DNA from: Bacillales bacterium UBA4278
GTDB lineage: Bacteria; Bacillota_I; Bacilli_A; RFN20; CAG-826
Direction of reading: 5' to 3'
DNA: 64,000 nt
Assembly (NCBI GenBank): GCA_002395065.1
Contig: DGVS01000005.1
Span: forward strand, 78,928-142,927
Shown here: positions 31,320 to 42,697 of the stretch, piece after piece
Numbering within the stretch: the stretch's first letter is position 1
Layout of the letters: every line of letters begins with the position of its first letter
Position numbers and translations under genes: made by a program
Notes under the pieces: generated by a model
Databases searched by the model: none
Seen by the model: only the letters and a program-made list of their open reading frames with translations
What the model was told of the DNA's origin: nothing

Positions 31320-32492
31320 CTATAAGCCGCACTTATCATAAAACTGAGCTAGGTTTTTGAGATCTTCTTGGCGATTAGTTAAATGGTTGAATATCAGCGA
31401 AATTCCTTGTCCGATAACGAAGTAAATTCCAAAGTGGAAAACTGCAAAATTGGCAGACATGTTGTTCGACAAAATCATCATGAATAATGTTAATAACATT
31501 AGAACCAATTGAAAGAAACAGTTTCTTGTTGTAATCGCCATACCAAATTGATTGCTCTTTTTATTTAAAGAAAGCAAAGTTGGAATCGCTTGGTCGGCAT
31601 GATCAAATGCAACCGATTCTTGATGTGACATTTCTTGAATTGCTTCATCATCATGGCGTTGAGTAATGTATTTTTCCACGGCTTTATAAATCGCAATTAG
31701 AGCAATGACGAGTAGATTCTTTGGCTCGTTAAGAGAAATTAAGACTCCCAAAATTATCGCTAGTGAAGCAAAGACGACCATTGATTTTGATGATTGAAAA
31801 AGTTTCACTTTAACACCAAGAAATTTTTTATAATCATCATAATTTTGATTAGCTTCTTTTCTAAAGAAAAGCGGAATATAATGAGCATCGAAATAGTCGC
31901 TCATTTTTAACAAGTACCAATTCTCGAAAACCTCGACCAAAATTAAGAACATTATCAGCATAAAAATGAACGGAACATTTTCGCTCATATTCATTAAATA
32001 AAAGTCGAGTCCAAGCATTCCAATTAGTACTGCTGCCACCACTAAATGAACAATTCCGTACGAAACGGGCATTAGTCGTGGTTTGTCCGCTTTAAATTTT
32101 CGGTCGAGTTCTTCGTTGTCGATAACTAAACAGTGTCCAGAATAGACTTTTAGGAAGTCGTTTTCATGGATTTTCAGTTTGCCTCGAGCTGGGTCTAAAA
32201 CATAGAAATAATTTTTTCTAATTTTTTTTAGTACAACCATATGATTCCCAGCTAATTGAACTAGAATTGGCAGCTTTTGCTCTTTCATTTTTTTAAATTC
32301 TAGTTCATAACCAGCAAGATTAACTTGATGTGTCGCTGCAATCTCAATTAAGTCCAAAAACGAATAGTGTTCACTTTGTGAACCTTTTTGCAAATAAAGA
32401 TAGTTTTGGTTCTTCGAAATAATTGAGAAGAGCATCTTTAGTGCAGCGAACCCACAATCATGTTCGTTGCCTTGATAACAAAAATTTTTCAT
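31320..32492 (-). CDS. C39 cysteine peptidase domain plus multi-TM membrane protein, no ATPase domain
   Basis: Q...DCGFAALKM, HMVVL, DPA motifs; about 6 hydrophobic segments; no Walker A. Confidence 0.75.
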   Translation of the reverse strand: MKNFCYQGNEHDCGFAALKMLFSIISKNQNYLYLQKGSQSEHYSFLDLIEIAATHQVNLAGYELEFKKMKEQKLPILVQLAGNHMVVLKKIRKNYFYVLDPARGKLKIHENDFLKVYSGHCLVIDNEELDRKFKADKPRLMPVSYGIVHLVVAAVLIGMLGLDFYLMNMSENVPFIFMLIMFLILVEVFENWYLLKMSDYFDAHYIPLFFRKEANQNYDDYKKFLGVKVKLFQSSKSMVVFASLAIILGVLISLNEPKNLLVIALIAIYKAVEKYITQRHDDEAIQEMSHQESVAFDHADQAIPTLLSLNKKSNQFGMAITTRNCFFQLVLMLLTLFMMILSNNMSANFAVFHFGIYFVIGQGISLIFNHLTNRQEDLKNLAQFYDKCGL

Positions 32493-32512
32493 ATTTGTCC
32501 CTCCATATTCTT

Positions 32513-32520
32513 TATTCGTA
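32513..32520 (-). promoter_or_regulatory. ComX/cin-box-like promoter element
   Basis: TACGAATA on minus strand with T-rich upstream region, 7 nt before SD GGAGG. Confidence 0.5.
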
Positions 32521-32560
32521 AAAATTGATCAAAAGTGTTCAAAAAAATTTTTAAAACAAC

Positions 32561-32587
32561 AAAAAAAGTGACCGACAAGCGATCACT
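32561..32587 (-). terminator. Terminator after rpsU
   Basis: AGTGATCG-loop-CGGTCACT plus U tract. Confidence 0.7.
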
Positions 32588-32606
32588 AATTTTTATGTTT
32601 TTATAA

Positions 32607-32780
32607 TTAATAAGATTTACGTCTGGCCATTTCGCTTTTCATTTTGCGTTTGAGGCCTGGTTTTAAGTAGAACTCACGTTTGCGTGCTTCGAGAAGGACG
32701 CCACTTTTGTTCACTTGACGTTTGAAACGACGAAGAGCTTCATCTAAGCTTTCGTTTTCACGAACGATTGTCTTTGGCAT
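32607..32780 (-). CDS. rpsU: 30S ribosomal protein S21 (missing from ORF track)
   Basis: Manual translation [42 protein letters not shown]..., 57 aa, SD GAGGTG. Confidence 0.95.
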   Translation of the reverse strand: MPKTIVRENESLDEALRRFKRQVNKSGVLLEARKREFYLKPGLKRKMKSEMARRKSY

Positions 32781-32798
32781 ATGTTTTCACCTCCTCTT

Positions 32799-33443
32799 TT
32801 ATTCACCTTTGACGATTTTGACACCACAGGAAGCACCAATTCGAGATGCTCCAGCTTCAACCATCGCCATTGCTTCTTCACGATTGTGAATTCCGCCGCT
32901 GGCTTTGACACCAACGTTTGGTCCAACAGCTTTGCGCATTAATTTTACAGCGTGAGTTGTGGCACCACCTGTGGAGAAACCGGTTGATGTTTTCACATAA
33001 TCTGTACCGCCTTTAACACAAGCTTTGCAGCATTCCGTGATTTCTTCATCAGTTAATAAACATGTTTCTAAGATCACCTTAAGAAGGATCTTTCCACATG
33101 CTTTTTTGACTAACTTAACTTCGTTAGCAATAAATTCGTAGTCATGGGCTTTCGCCATTGAATCATTGAGAACCATATCAACTTCGGTTGCTCCGGCTTT
33201 GATAGCTAATTTAGCTTCATAAGCCTTTGATTCTGGAAGTGTGGCACCTAGTGGAAATCCAACAACTGTGCAAACCTTGACATCGCTGCCTTTTAAAATT
33301 TTTGCAGCTAGTGGAACGAATCCTGGGTTAACACACACGGACATAAAATGATATTCAAGAGCTTCTTTGCAGAGTTTTTTAATTGCTTCTGGGGAAGCAT
33401 CTTGTTTTAACAAGGTGTGGTCAATGAGTTTGTTAAGTTCCAT
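32799..33443 (-). CDS. deoC: Deoxyribose-phosphate aldolase
   Basis: IDHTLLK, GFPLG, KVILET, KTSTGF, KASGG. Confidence 0.97.
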   Translation of the reverse strand: MELNKLIDHTLLKQDASPEAIKKLCKEALEYHFMSVCVNPGFVPLAAKILKGSDVKVCTVVGFPLGATLPESKAYEAKLAIKAGATEVDMVLNDSMAKAHDYEFIANEVKLVKKACGKILLKVILETCLLTDEEITECCKACVKGGTDYVKTSTGFSTGGATTHAVKLMRKAVGPNVGVKASGGIHNREEAMAMVEAGASRIGASCGVKIVKGE

Positions 33444-33461
33444 GTTTAATTCTCCGAATTA

Positions 33462-33659
33462 TTATTTTTCTTCTTCAGCCTTTTTGACTTGCTTAACAAC
33501 TTCTTTACCGTTATAGTAACCACATTTTGGGCAAACGTTGTGGGACTTAATTGTAGCTCCACAGTTTGGGCATGTGACTAAACCGCTAACAGATAATTTG
33601 AAGTGTGTACGACGTAATCTTTTTGCTGTTTTTGAAGTTCTTCTAAATGGTACTGCCAT
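33462..33659 (-). CDS. rpmF: 50S ribosomal protein L32
   Basis: [10 protein letters not shown]...CPNCG...[10 protein letters not shown]. Confidence 0.97.
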   Translation of the reverse strand: MAVPFRRTSKTAKRLRRTHFKLSVSGLVTCPNCGATIKSHNVCPKCGYYNGKEVVKQVKKAEEEK

Positions 33660-33752
33660 ATCTAAATCCTCCGACGAAGATTATATCTTAATTACTCATC
33701 AATTCAATAAAATTTTAGACAATGTTTAATTTTTCTATATTTTCTATCGAAT

Positions 33753-34988
33753 TTATCGAACTTTTAATTTTACAATCTTTCCTTTATAATCATCAGAGAA
33801 ATCACCATCTAATTTAATATAATTAGACGTGAATCCAGACATTAATCCGCTTTGTTTATTTCTCTCTTCGAGAATGACTTCCATTTCTTGATTAAGGAAA
33901 CGATTCTTGAAGTCCAATTGTAACTGCTTCGACAAGTTTAATAAAACTTGGACTCGTTGCTGTTTGATACGTGGATCTATTTGTCCATCCATTTTTGATG
34001 CATCTGTTCCTGGGCGAGCACTAAATGGGAAAACATGAACTTCGGCGAAATTAACTCTTTTAATAAAGTCCACCGTTTCTTGGAACTCTTCATCACTTTC
34101 TTGCGGGAAGCCAACAATTACATCAGTTGTGATCGCAATGTCTGGACAAACCTCTCTCAGTTTATTGACTTTATTTATAAAGTCTTCCGTGCGATACTTA
34201 CGTCTCATGCGTTTCAAAACAGATGATGATCCACTTTGGAGGGGCATATGTAAATGATGAGCAAGATTTGGATATTTAAGGAATAACGAAATTAGTTTTT
34301 CATCAATTTCACTTTCTTCAATTGAAGAAATTCTTAATCGATATAATCCAGGAAGATTAAGGAGTTCTTCAACTAAATCAGAAAACGAGCATTCCTTGTT
34401 GTCGATTCCATAGTGAGCAGTATGAATTCCTGTTAAAACAAATTCGAGATATCCTCTTGATATCAAAGATTTGATTTCATCAATAATTTCTTGTTTTGGC
34501 CTAGAGCGTGATACACCCCTGGTGTATGGGATTGTACAATATGAACAGAAATTATTGCATCCGTCTTCAATCTTAATGTAAGCTCGTGTGGCATCTGGAA
34601 CAGCAAAACTTTCAAATGATTCATACGAAAAGTGTCTTGTATCCGGATCAATCTCAACAATTTTCTTTTTATTTTTTAAATAAGAATTAATTAAAGTTGC
34701 AACCTTAGAACGATTAGATGTTCCTAAAACAATGTCTGCACCACATTCCTTTAAAACATAGTCCGCATTATTCTGAGAATAACAACCCATGACAACTAAA
34801 ATTGCTTCTGGATTTTTCTTTCTTTCGCGGCGGATAATCTGACGCGATTTTTGGTCTGCAACAGATGTAACCGAACAAGTATTTATCAATACGATATCCT
34901 TGTTAGGATATAAAGAAAAAAGTTGCTCTTTAATCGCGCTTGTTTCATAAGAGTTTACTTTGCAACCTAAAGAGATAACCTTAATCAT
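33753..34988 (-). CDS. mtaB: tRNA t6A methylthiotransferase
   Basis: LGCKVNSYE, NTCSVT, GCNNFCSYC radical SAM motif; follows rsmE. Confidence 0.92.
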   Translation of the reverse strand: MIKVISLGCKVNSYETSAIKEQLFSLYPNKDIVLINTCSVTSVADQKSRQIIRRERKKNPEAILVVMGCYSQNNADYVLKECGADIVLGTSNRSKVATLINSYLKNKKKIVEIDPDTRHFSYESFESFAVPDATRAYIKIEDGCNNFCSYCTIPYTRGVSRSRPKQEIIDEIKSLISRGYLEFVLTGIHTAHYGIDNKECSFSDLVEELLNLPGLYRLRISSIEESEIDEKLISLFLKYPNLAHHLHMPLQSGSSSVLKRMRRKYRTEDFINKVNKLREVCPDIAITTDVIVGFPQESDEEFQETVDFIKRVNFAEVHVFPFSARPGTDASKMDGQIDPRIKQQRVQVLLNLSKQLQLDFKNRFLNQEMEVILEERNKQSGLMSGFTSNYIKLDGDFSDDYKGKIVKLKVR

Positions 34989-35707
34989 TATTTTCTTTCT
35001 AAATGAGCTGCTAAAACAGATAAGGCATAAAATGATGCAGTTTCTGCGCGCAGAATTCTTCGACCGAGAGATACGGTTTGATAACCATATTCCATAGCTT
35101 CGTTTACTTCGTCATCACTAAATCCACCCTCAGGACCGATTAGAATCGCCACTCTTTGACCAGATTTAATGGTTTTTACAGCGCTTAAGAAGGAGGAAGT
35201 GCTTCCTTGGCGTCCTTCATAAGCCATCAGTTTTACATCGGCTTTAATCTCTGGTAATTCATTCATGCGAATAATGCGGTAAAGAAGTGGTAGACGCGTT
35301 CTTTTTGATTGCTCTGCTGCTTCTTTGACGATTCTATTGAATCGTTCTAATTTGAAATCGCGATCTAAATTACGAATTTTAGCAATTGAACGTTCGCTTT
35401 GTAAAAGAACGATTTCTTCAACTCCAAGTTCGGTTGCTTTTTGTATAACTAAATCAAGTTTGTCGCCTTTTAAAAGAGAGGCAATTAGAACAACATCGTT
35501 TTTGAGTTCGTTATTTTCCTTAATTTGGGCAGTTGCACTTATTCTAAGTGGCTTAACCGATGAAACTGTACATAGGAAGAGTTTTCCTTCGCAGACAACC
35601 TCAACTTGGTCGCCAGTGCGAACTCTCATAACTTTGACAAGATGAAATTGATCACCTTCATCTAAAATGACTTGTTTATCGATAATTCGGCCAAAATAAC
35701 GTTGCAT
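34988..35707 (-). CDS. rsmE: 16S rRNA m3U1498 methyltransferase
   Basis: KATELGV, AAEQS.R, IGPEGGFS, LGRRILRAETA. Confidence 0.95.
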   Translation of the reverse strand: MQRYFGRIIDKQVILDEGDQFHLVKVMRVRTGDQVEVVCEGKLFLCTVSSVKPLRISATAQIKENNELKNDVVLIASLLKGDKLDLVIQKATELGVEEIVLLQSERSIAKIRNLDRDFKLERFNRIVKEAAEQSKRTRLPLLYRIIRMNELPEIKADVKLMAYEGRQGSTSSFLSAVKTIKSGQRVAILIGPEGGFSDDEVNEAMEYGYQTVSLGRRILRAETASFYALSVLAAHLERK

Positions 35708-36144
35708 TATTTCAAAAACTCCCCTCTTCCATCTTTGACAGTTGGACTAGTCAGAATATAAACACCCTTGAAAATATAGTAAATTTCGAGGACAAAATAC
35801 GGAATTAAAAAGCCGAGTGCATTGTGTAAGGCAAAGAAGAATAAAATTGATCCAAAACCGCCAATTGCAATTAATGTAATTGCTAACTCAATTAAAGCGT
35901 GTTTATAGCGATAGATGTAGAATTCTTCTACTCCAAGGATTCCTAGCAAGATAGCAAAGATTCCAGCCGCTTTCTTAGAACGTGGTTTAAGGTGTTGGTT
36001 TTTTAATTCAACAGGATCGAACACTTTTGTGATATCGATTGTCGAATCATCAATACCTTCGAGTGGCTTTTTACCACCACAAAATGGACAAATTTCTTTG
36101 TCGAGTCGAGAGATTGATTCGTGACAATAACGACATTTCGGCAT
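35707..36144 (-). CDS. Zinc-ribbon plus TM2-domain membrane protein
   Basis: CRYC...CPFC, then SKKAAGIFAILLGILGVEEFY; start probably MPKC at 36144. Confidence 0.7.
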   Translation of the reverse strand: MPKCRYCHESISRLDKEICPFCGGKKPLEGIDDSTIDITKVFDPVELKNQHLKPRSKKAAGIFAILLGILGVEEFYIYRYKHALIELAITLIAIGGFGSILFFFALHNALGFLIPYFVLEIYYIFKGVYILTSPTVKDGRGEFLK

Positions 36145-36219
36145 AAATACGTGTAAAAGTATAGCACATGTAGGCAAAGAAAAAACGACCAATCATGATC
36201 GTTTTTACTTTTTTATTGA

Positions 36220-36672
36220 TTAGTAATTTGTTTTGTCTTCGATTGCGGCGTATTCAGCATAGAGCTTTAAGCAAGCCTTACGATCAAGTTCGATGACCAT
36301 TTCATCGAGGTGACCTTGCATCTCGTAGAAGACTTTATCTCTAAATCCGATACCTTCGGTATCAACAATGTTACAACCATAGTAGACTTTCTTAATGTTA
36401 GCCCAGAGAATAGCCGCCATACACATTGGACAAGGTTCACCTGTTGTATAAAGTTCGCATCCACTTAAGTCAAATGTGCCTAGCTTCTTACAGGCTTTAT
36501 GGATGGCCATCATTTCTCCATGGCAGGTCGGATCATTGTTTTTAACAACTTGGTTGTGTCCTTTTCCGACAACTTCACCATCTTTGACAATGACCGCACC
36601 AAAAGGACCGCCGTGACCAGCACGAATTCCTTTTCGAGCTTCATTGATTGCCATTCTCATGTATTTGTTCAT
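36220..36672 (-). CDS. Zinc-dependent nucleobase deaminase (guanine deaminase-like)
   Basis: GGPFGAVIV, DPTCHGE, EPCPMC, C-terminal Tyr as in B. subtilis GuaD; start 36672 after GAGGT. Confidence 0.8.
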   Translation of the reverse strand: MNKYMRMAINEARKGIRAGHGGPFGAVIVKDGEVVGKGHNQVVKNNDPTCHGEMMAIHKACKKLGTFDLSGCELYTTGEPCPMCMAAILWANIKKVYYGCNIVDTEGIGFRDKVFYEMQGHLDEMVIELDRKACLKLYAEYAAIEDKTNY

Positions 36673-36763
36673 ATCAATACCTCGCAAAATATTATAACAT
36701 AAATTTTGCTTTTTCTCATTAACGATTTAATTACTCTGTAATTATAGATTTGTAAAAGTTAAC

Positions 36764-36787
36764 AAAAAAAGAGGGAATAACCCTCTT
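36764..36787 (-). terminator. Terminator after dnaJ
   Basis: AAGAGGG-loop-CCCTCTT plus U tract. Confidence 0.75.
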
Positions 36788-36789
36788 AA

Positions 36790-37929
36790 TTAAGCGTGAA
36801 AAGCTTTCTTAAACTTTGTAAAAATGGATTCGCTTGGTGATTCTTCTTTCTGGAATTCGTTAAGCAGTTCTTTTTGCTTTTTACTTAGTTTTGTTGGTGT
36901 TTTTACGATCATGTGTAGATATTGATCACCTGGTGTTCCTTTACGCATATCTTTGATACCGCGTCCTTTTAAACGAAGAATTTGGTTTGGCTGGGTTCCT
37001 GCTGGAACTTCTACTTCTACTTCTCCATAAACAGTTGGAACATCAATCTTTTTGCCAAGCATCGCATCAACAACCGAGATTGGAACATCAAGGTGAATAT
37101 CGTTTCCATCACGTTTGAAGTATGGATGTGGCACAATAACGATCTCTAAATAGAGATCTCCATTTGGTCCACCATTGAGTCCACGTTCACCTTTTTCACG
37201 AATACGGATTTGTTGTCCCTGGTTTATACCAGCTGGAATGTTCACTTCCATATTGCGTTTAATGTGGGTAAATCCTTTTCCACCACAGTTTGGACATGGG
37301 TTAGAAATAATCTTGCCCGAACCATGACAATCTGGACAGACTTGTTGGGACTCCATCACACCAAAAAGTGTACGTTGTTGGGTATTGATATAACCTTTTC
37401 CGCCACACTTCGAACAAGTATGGAAATCTTGTTCACTTTTAGCGCCAGTTCCGTGACAAGATGAACACTGTTCATCATATTCTACTGGAATCGTCACTTT
37501 TCGACCAAGAATAGCGTCCATAAATTGGACGCGAATGCGTTGAAGAGTGTCTCCGCCACGTTGTGGCCCATAACTTCTTTGTCTTCTTGAGGAACCACCA
37601 CCAAAGAACGAACTAAAAATGTCACCTAAATCGACTCCGCCAAAACCTTGACTAGAGAATCCGGCACCACCAAATGGGTTACCATAACCACCAGTCGATG
37701 CACCTTGTTCAAAGGCAGCACTACCAAATTGGTCATATGTTTGACGCTTTTGATCATCGTAAAGGATGTCATAAGCTTCTTGGACTTCTTTAAATTTTTG
37801 TTCCGCTCCTGGTTCTTTGTTTAAATCAGGATGGTATTTTTTGGCGAGTTTTCGATAAGCTGATTTAATCTCATCCTTAGTAGCAGTTTTGCTGACTCCT
37901 AAGGTCGCATAATAATCTTTTGCAGCCAT
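36790..37929 (-). CDS. dnaJ: Chaperone DnaJ
   Basis: HPD J-domain, G/F region, four CxxCxGxG repeats. Confidence 0.97.
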   Translation of the reverse strand: MAAKDYYATLGVSKTATKDEIKSAYRKLAKKYHPDLNKEPGAEQKFKEVQEAYDILYDDQKRQTYDQFGSAAFEQGASTGGYGNPFGGAGFSSQGFGGVDLGDIFSSFFGGGSSRRQRSYGPQRGGDTLQRIRVQFMDAILGRKVTIPVEYDEQCSSCHGTGAKSEQDFHTCSKCGGKGYINTQQRTLFGVMESQQVCPDCHGSGKIISNPCPNCGGKGFTHIKRNMEVNIPAGINQGQQIRIREKGERGLNGGPNGDLYLEIVIVPHPYFKRDGNDIHLDVPISVVDAMLGKKIDVPTVYGEVEVEVPAGTQPNQILRLKGRGIKDMRKGTPGDQYLHMIVKTPTKLSKKQKELLNEFQKEESPSESIFTKFKKAFHA

Positions 37930-37948
37930 AATCGTCCTTTCTAACCAA

Positions 37949-37980
37949 CAAAGCGCGGAGCAAGTTGCTCCAACGCTTTG
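37949..37980 (-). other. dnaK-dnaJ intergenic stem-loop
   Basis: CAAAGCG..GGAGCAA/TTGCTCC..CGCTTTG; likely mRNA stabiliser or partial terminator. Confidence 0.55.
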
Positions 37981-38010
37981 CTAGAATATTTATTTCATAA
38001 ATGAAATAGA

Positions 38011-39837
<1,827 letters not shown>

Positions 39838-40407
39838 TTAGGCGTCTAATTCTTTCGATTCTATTTGAGAATCGTTATTTTCTTCTTTTTTGTCTTCGTC
39901 TTTTTTATCTGTGGAGACGACCACAATTGCTGGTCGGATTAAGTGTTCATGGAGTTTATAACCTTTGAGGTTAACTTGGAGCACTCGGTTTGGTTCACCT
40001 TCATCAAACTTTGTTTCTAAGGCTTGCATAACGGTTGGATCAAACTTGTCACCGACTTTTGGGGTAATTTCGCTTACGCCCTCTTGTTCAAGGACATTCA
40101 CGAGGTTACGGTAGATAAACTGGAATCCGACGAGGAAGTTTTTCATTTCCTCGGATTTAACCTCCACACTTAGTGCGAGGTGGAATCCATCGAGGATTGG
40201 AAGGAGATTATCAACGAATCCTTCAGCGCGGTATTTAATCGCTTCGCGATGGTCTTTTTCGACATTCTTACGAAGGTTTTGCATATCCGCATAAGCTCGA
40301 TAATATTCATTCTTCCAATGATCTAAGTCAGCTTGCAGCTTTTGGATTTCTTCGTGGTGCTTTTCCTTTTGGCTTTGCACCTTCTCTTGTTTCTTTTCTT
40401 CCTTCAC
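39838..40407 (-). CDS. grpE: Nucleotide exchange factor GrpE
   Basis: RAYADMQNLRK, FDP, KGYKL...IRPA.VVV; GTG start 40407 after AAAGGA (40434 alternative). Confidence 0.92.
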   Translation of the reverse strand: MKEEKKQEKVQSQKEKHHEEIQKLQADLDHWKNEYYRAYADMQNLRKNVEKDHREAIKYRAEGFVDNLLPILDGFHLALSVEVKSEEMKNFLVGFQFIYRNLVNVLEQEGVSEITPKVGDKFDPTVMQALETKFDEGEPNRVLQVNLKGYKLHEHLIRPAIVVVSTDKKDEDKKEENNDSQIESKELDA

Positions 40408-41443
40408 TATTTTCTTCCTTTCTCTCGTCTTCAACTTTTAGTTGTTTGTTGTAAGTTTTTTCTAACTCACGAACGAGGTATTCCATCGAGGAGACGACTT
40501 TGTCGTAATCCATTCGTTTTGGACCAACGATTGCAATCGATCCTTCTTTTTGACCAGGGATTTTGACTTTCGCGGAGATAATGGAGACATCATCATCTTC
40601 CTTACTTTCTCCACCAATGTGGATGGAGATTTCATCATCGGTGTCTTCTTCTACTTCGCGGAAGATCTCTGGAGACTCGAATAAATCGAGAAGTTTTTTA
40701 ATTTTACTGGCATCATTAGCGAACTCTGGTTGATCGAATAAGACATCTTTTCCATAAGCACTTAATCGATCTTTAGCGAAGCCTAGGAACGCTTCGAGCA
40801 TTGTTTGATAAACCACATCATGGTCGATCACATAGTCGCTAAGTAATGGGCGAATCGCTTCCATCTTTGGAACAAGATCACTAATGCGTGTACCTTGTAA
40901 GCGTTCATTTAATAATTTTACGCATGATTCAATGTCAGATAATTTGGTCTTTTCGTTAATAACGAAGGTTTTGTTTTCGACATAACCTTGATCAGTAACG
41001 AAGACGCATGTGGCACTAGTTTTGGAAAGAGGGATGATTTGGACAGAAACTAATTTTTCTTCATTCACATTTGGTCCAAGGACAATCGATGCCAGATTCG
41101 TCATTTGGGAGAGAATTTCACAACTCTCTTTAATCACATCATCAATTGATTGAACTTTTTGTTCGAGAATTGATTGCATCTGGTATTTGAATTCATCCGA
41201 GACACTTCTTTCACGGAGGTTTTCAATGTAATATCGATATCCTTTACTAGAAGGAACGCGTCCGCTCGATGTGTGTGTCTTTTCAAGAAGACCATCTTGT
41301 TCAAGAGCGTTCATCTCATTACGGATTGTTGCGCTTGAATATTCAAGCCCATACTCTTCAATCAGCGTATGACTTCCGACAGGTTGAGCAGTTTTGATGA
41401 AGTGTTCAACGATGAGCTTTAGGACTTTATCACGTCGATTCAT
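40328..41443 (-). CDS. hrcA: Heat-inducible repressor HrcA
   Basis: PVGS, SSATIRNEM, HTSSGRVPS, GPKRMDY; ATG 41443 after GGAGG. Confidence 0.95.
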   Translation of the reverse strand: MNRRDKVLKLIVEHFIKTAQPVGSHTLIEEYGLEYSSATIRNEMNALEQDGLLEKTHTSSGRVPSSKGYRYYIENLRERSVSDEFKYQMQSILEQKVQSIDDVIKESCEILSQMTNLASIVLGPNVNEEKLVSVQIIPLSKTSATCVFVTDQGYVENKTFVINEKTKLSDIESCVKLLNERLQGTRISDLVPKMEAIRPLLSDYVIDHDVVYQTMLEAFLGFAKDRLSAYGKDVLFDQPEFANDASKIKKLLDLFESPEIFREVEEDTDDEISIHIGGESKEDDDVSIISAKVKIPGQKEGSIAIVGPKRMDYDKVVSSMEYLVRELEKTYNKQLKVEDERKEENSEGRKETREGAKPKGKAPRRNPKAAS

Positions 41444-41456
41444 TTTAACCTCCTTT

Positions 41457-41483
41457 TTGGCACTCTCATTCCTCAAGTGCTAA
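41457..41483. promoter_or_regulatory. CIRCE element 1
   Basis: TTGGCACTC-N9-AAGTGCTAA. Confidence 0.9.
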
Positions 41484-41487
41484 CAAC

Positions 41488-41515
41488 ATTATATTTGGAT
41501 TTTTGGCACTGTCAA
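41488..41515 (-). promoter_or_regulatory. Sigma-A promoter of the hrcA operon
   Basis: TTGACA (41510-41515), 16-bp spacer, TATAAT (41488-41493). Confidence 0.75.
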
Positions 41516-41529
41516 CACTTAAGTGCTAA
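41503..41529. promoter_or_regulatory. CIRCE element 2 overlapping the -35
   Basis: TTGGCACTG-N9-AAGTGCTAA. Confidence 0.85.
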
Positions 41530-41544
41530 AATTTGTTAAAAAAT

Positions 41545-41568
41545 AAAAAAATTACCATTTATGGTAAT
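41545..41568 (-). terminator. Terminator after hemW
   Basis: ATTACCAT/ATGGTAAT stem plus U tract. Confidence 0.6.
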
Positions 41569-41596
41569 AATTTTTTGAAAAGTTAGTGATTATGTC

Positions 41597-42697
41597 TTAG
41601 AAAAACGACAAAATGAGGCGATCCATAACCATTAATCCATCATCCGTGAAAGCAAACTTTCCATCACTAATTTTGACGAAATTGTTCTTAACGTATTCAT
41701 CAATTTTTGTTTGATATTTTTGTAGGAAGTCTTCTTTGAAAAGTTCTTTATATTCACCTAGTGAAAAGCCTTCTTTAAGACGAAGGTGCGTCATCAAAAA
41801 GTATTCACGAAGAAGTTTTTGATCAACTTTTTCTCTTTCTAAGACATAGTCTCCTGCTAAATATTTCTCAAGGCTTGGAGTGTTTTTGTATCGCACTCCA
41901 TTAACATAACCGGAGGCGCCTAAACCAGCCCCATAATATTCTTGGTTATGCCAGTAAACGAGATTATGACGAGATTCGTAACCTGTTTTAGAGAAGTTGG
42001 AGATCTCATAACGTTCATATCCAGCTTCTCGCATCATCTTTAAAATTGTGTCATAAAACAAACGTGAGTCATCTTGGTTTTGCTCTTTGATATTCTTAAT
42101 AAAGAATAAAGTACCCGGAGAAACAATCAATGAATAGATCGAGATGTGTTCAGTTTTTAGACGAAGGATGTTTTTAACATCATCTTTTACTTCGTCTAAT
42201 GTTTGACCTGGAAATCCATACATCAGATCAACGTTAATGTTTCTAAATCCAGTATCGCGAGCATTCTGAATGACTTCTCTCGCTTTTTCGAACGTATGAA
42301 AACGGCCGATTTGAGAGAGTCTTTCGTCGTGGGTGGACTCTATGCCAATAGACAATCGATTCACGCCATAACGAGCCATTAAAGATAGTTTTTGACTTGT
42401 TAGATTCTCGACATTAGCTTCACAAGTAAACTCTCCACCATTCTTTAATAGATTTGAGACCTTTTTTAGGAGGGATTCGAATTCGAAATCACTTAAAGAT
42501 GTTGGAGTGCCTCCACCAATATAGATGGTTTCCATCTTTCTAAGATGATAAGAGTCGATTTCTTTAAAAAGAGCCTCTAGATAAGGCTTCGAGAATTTCT
42601 CAAAATAAAAAAGTTTTGTGAAGTCACAGTACGGACAGATATGTTCACAAAACGGGATATGAATGTATAAGGATTTATTGTTGGTGGAATTCGTCAT
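41597..42697 (-). CDS. hemW: Radical SAM heme chaperone HemW
   Basis: YIHIPFCEHICPYCDF, GGGTPT, YEISNF, HNLVYW; upstream of hrcA. Confidence 0.88.
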   Translation of the reverse strand: MTNSTNNKSLYIHIPFCEHICPYCDFTKLFYFEKFSKPYLEALFKEIDSYHLRKMETIYIGGGTPTSLSDFEFESLLKKVSNLLKNGGEFTCEANVENLTSQKLSLMARYGVNRLSIGIESTHDERLSQIGRFHTFEKAREVIQNARDTGFRNINVDLMYGFPGQTLDEVKDDVKNILRLKTEHISIYSLIVSPGTLFFIKNIKEQNQDDSRLFYDTILKMMREAGYERYEISNFSKTGYESRHNLVYWHNQEYYGAGLGASGYVNGVRYKNTPSLEKYLAGDYVLEREKVDQKLLREYFLMTHLRLKEGFSLGEYKELFKEDFLQKYQTKIDEYVKNNFVKISDGKFAFTDDGLMVMDRLILSFF

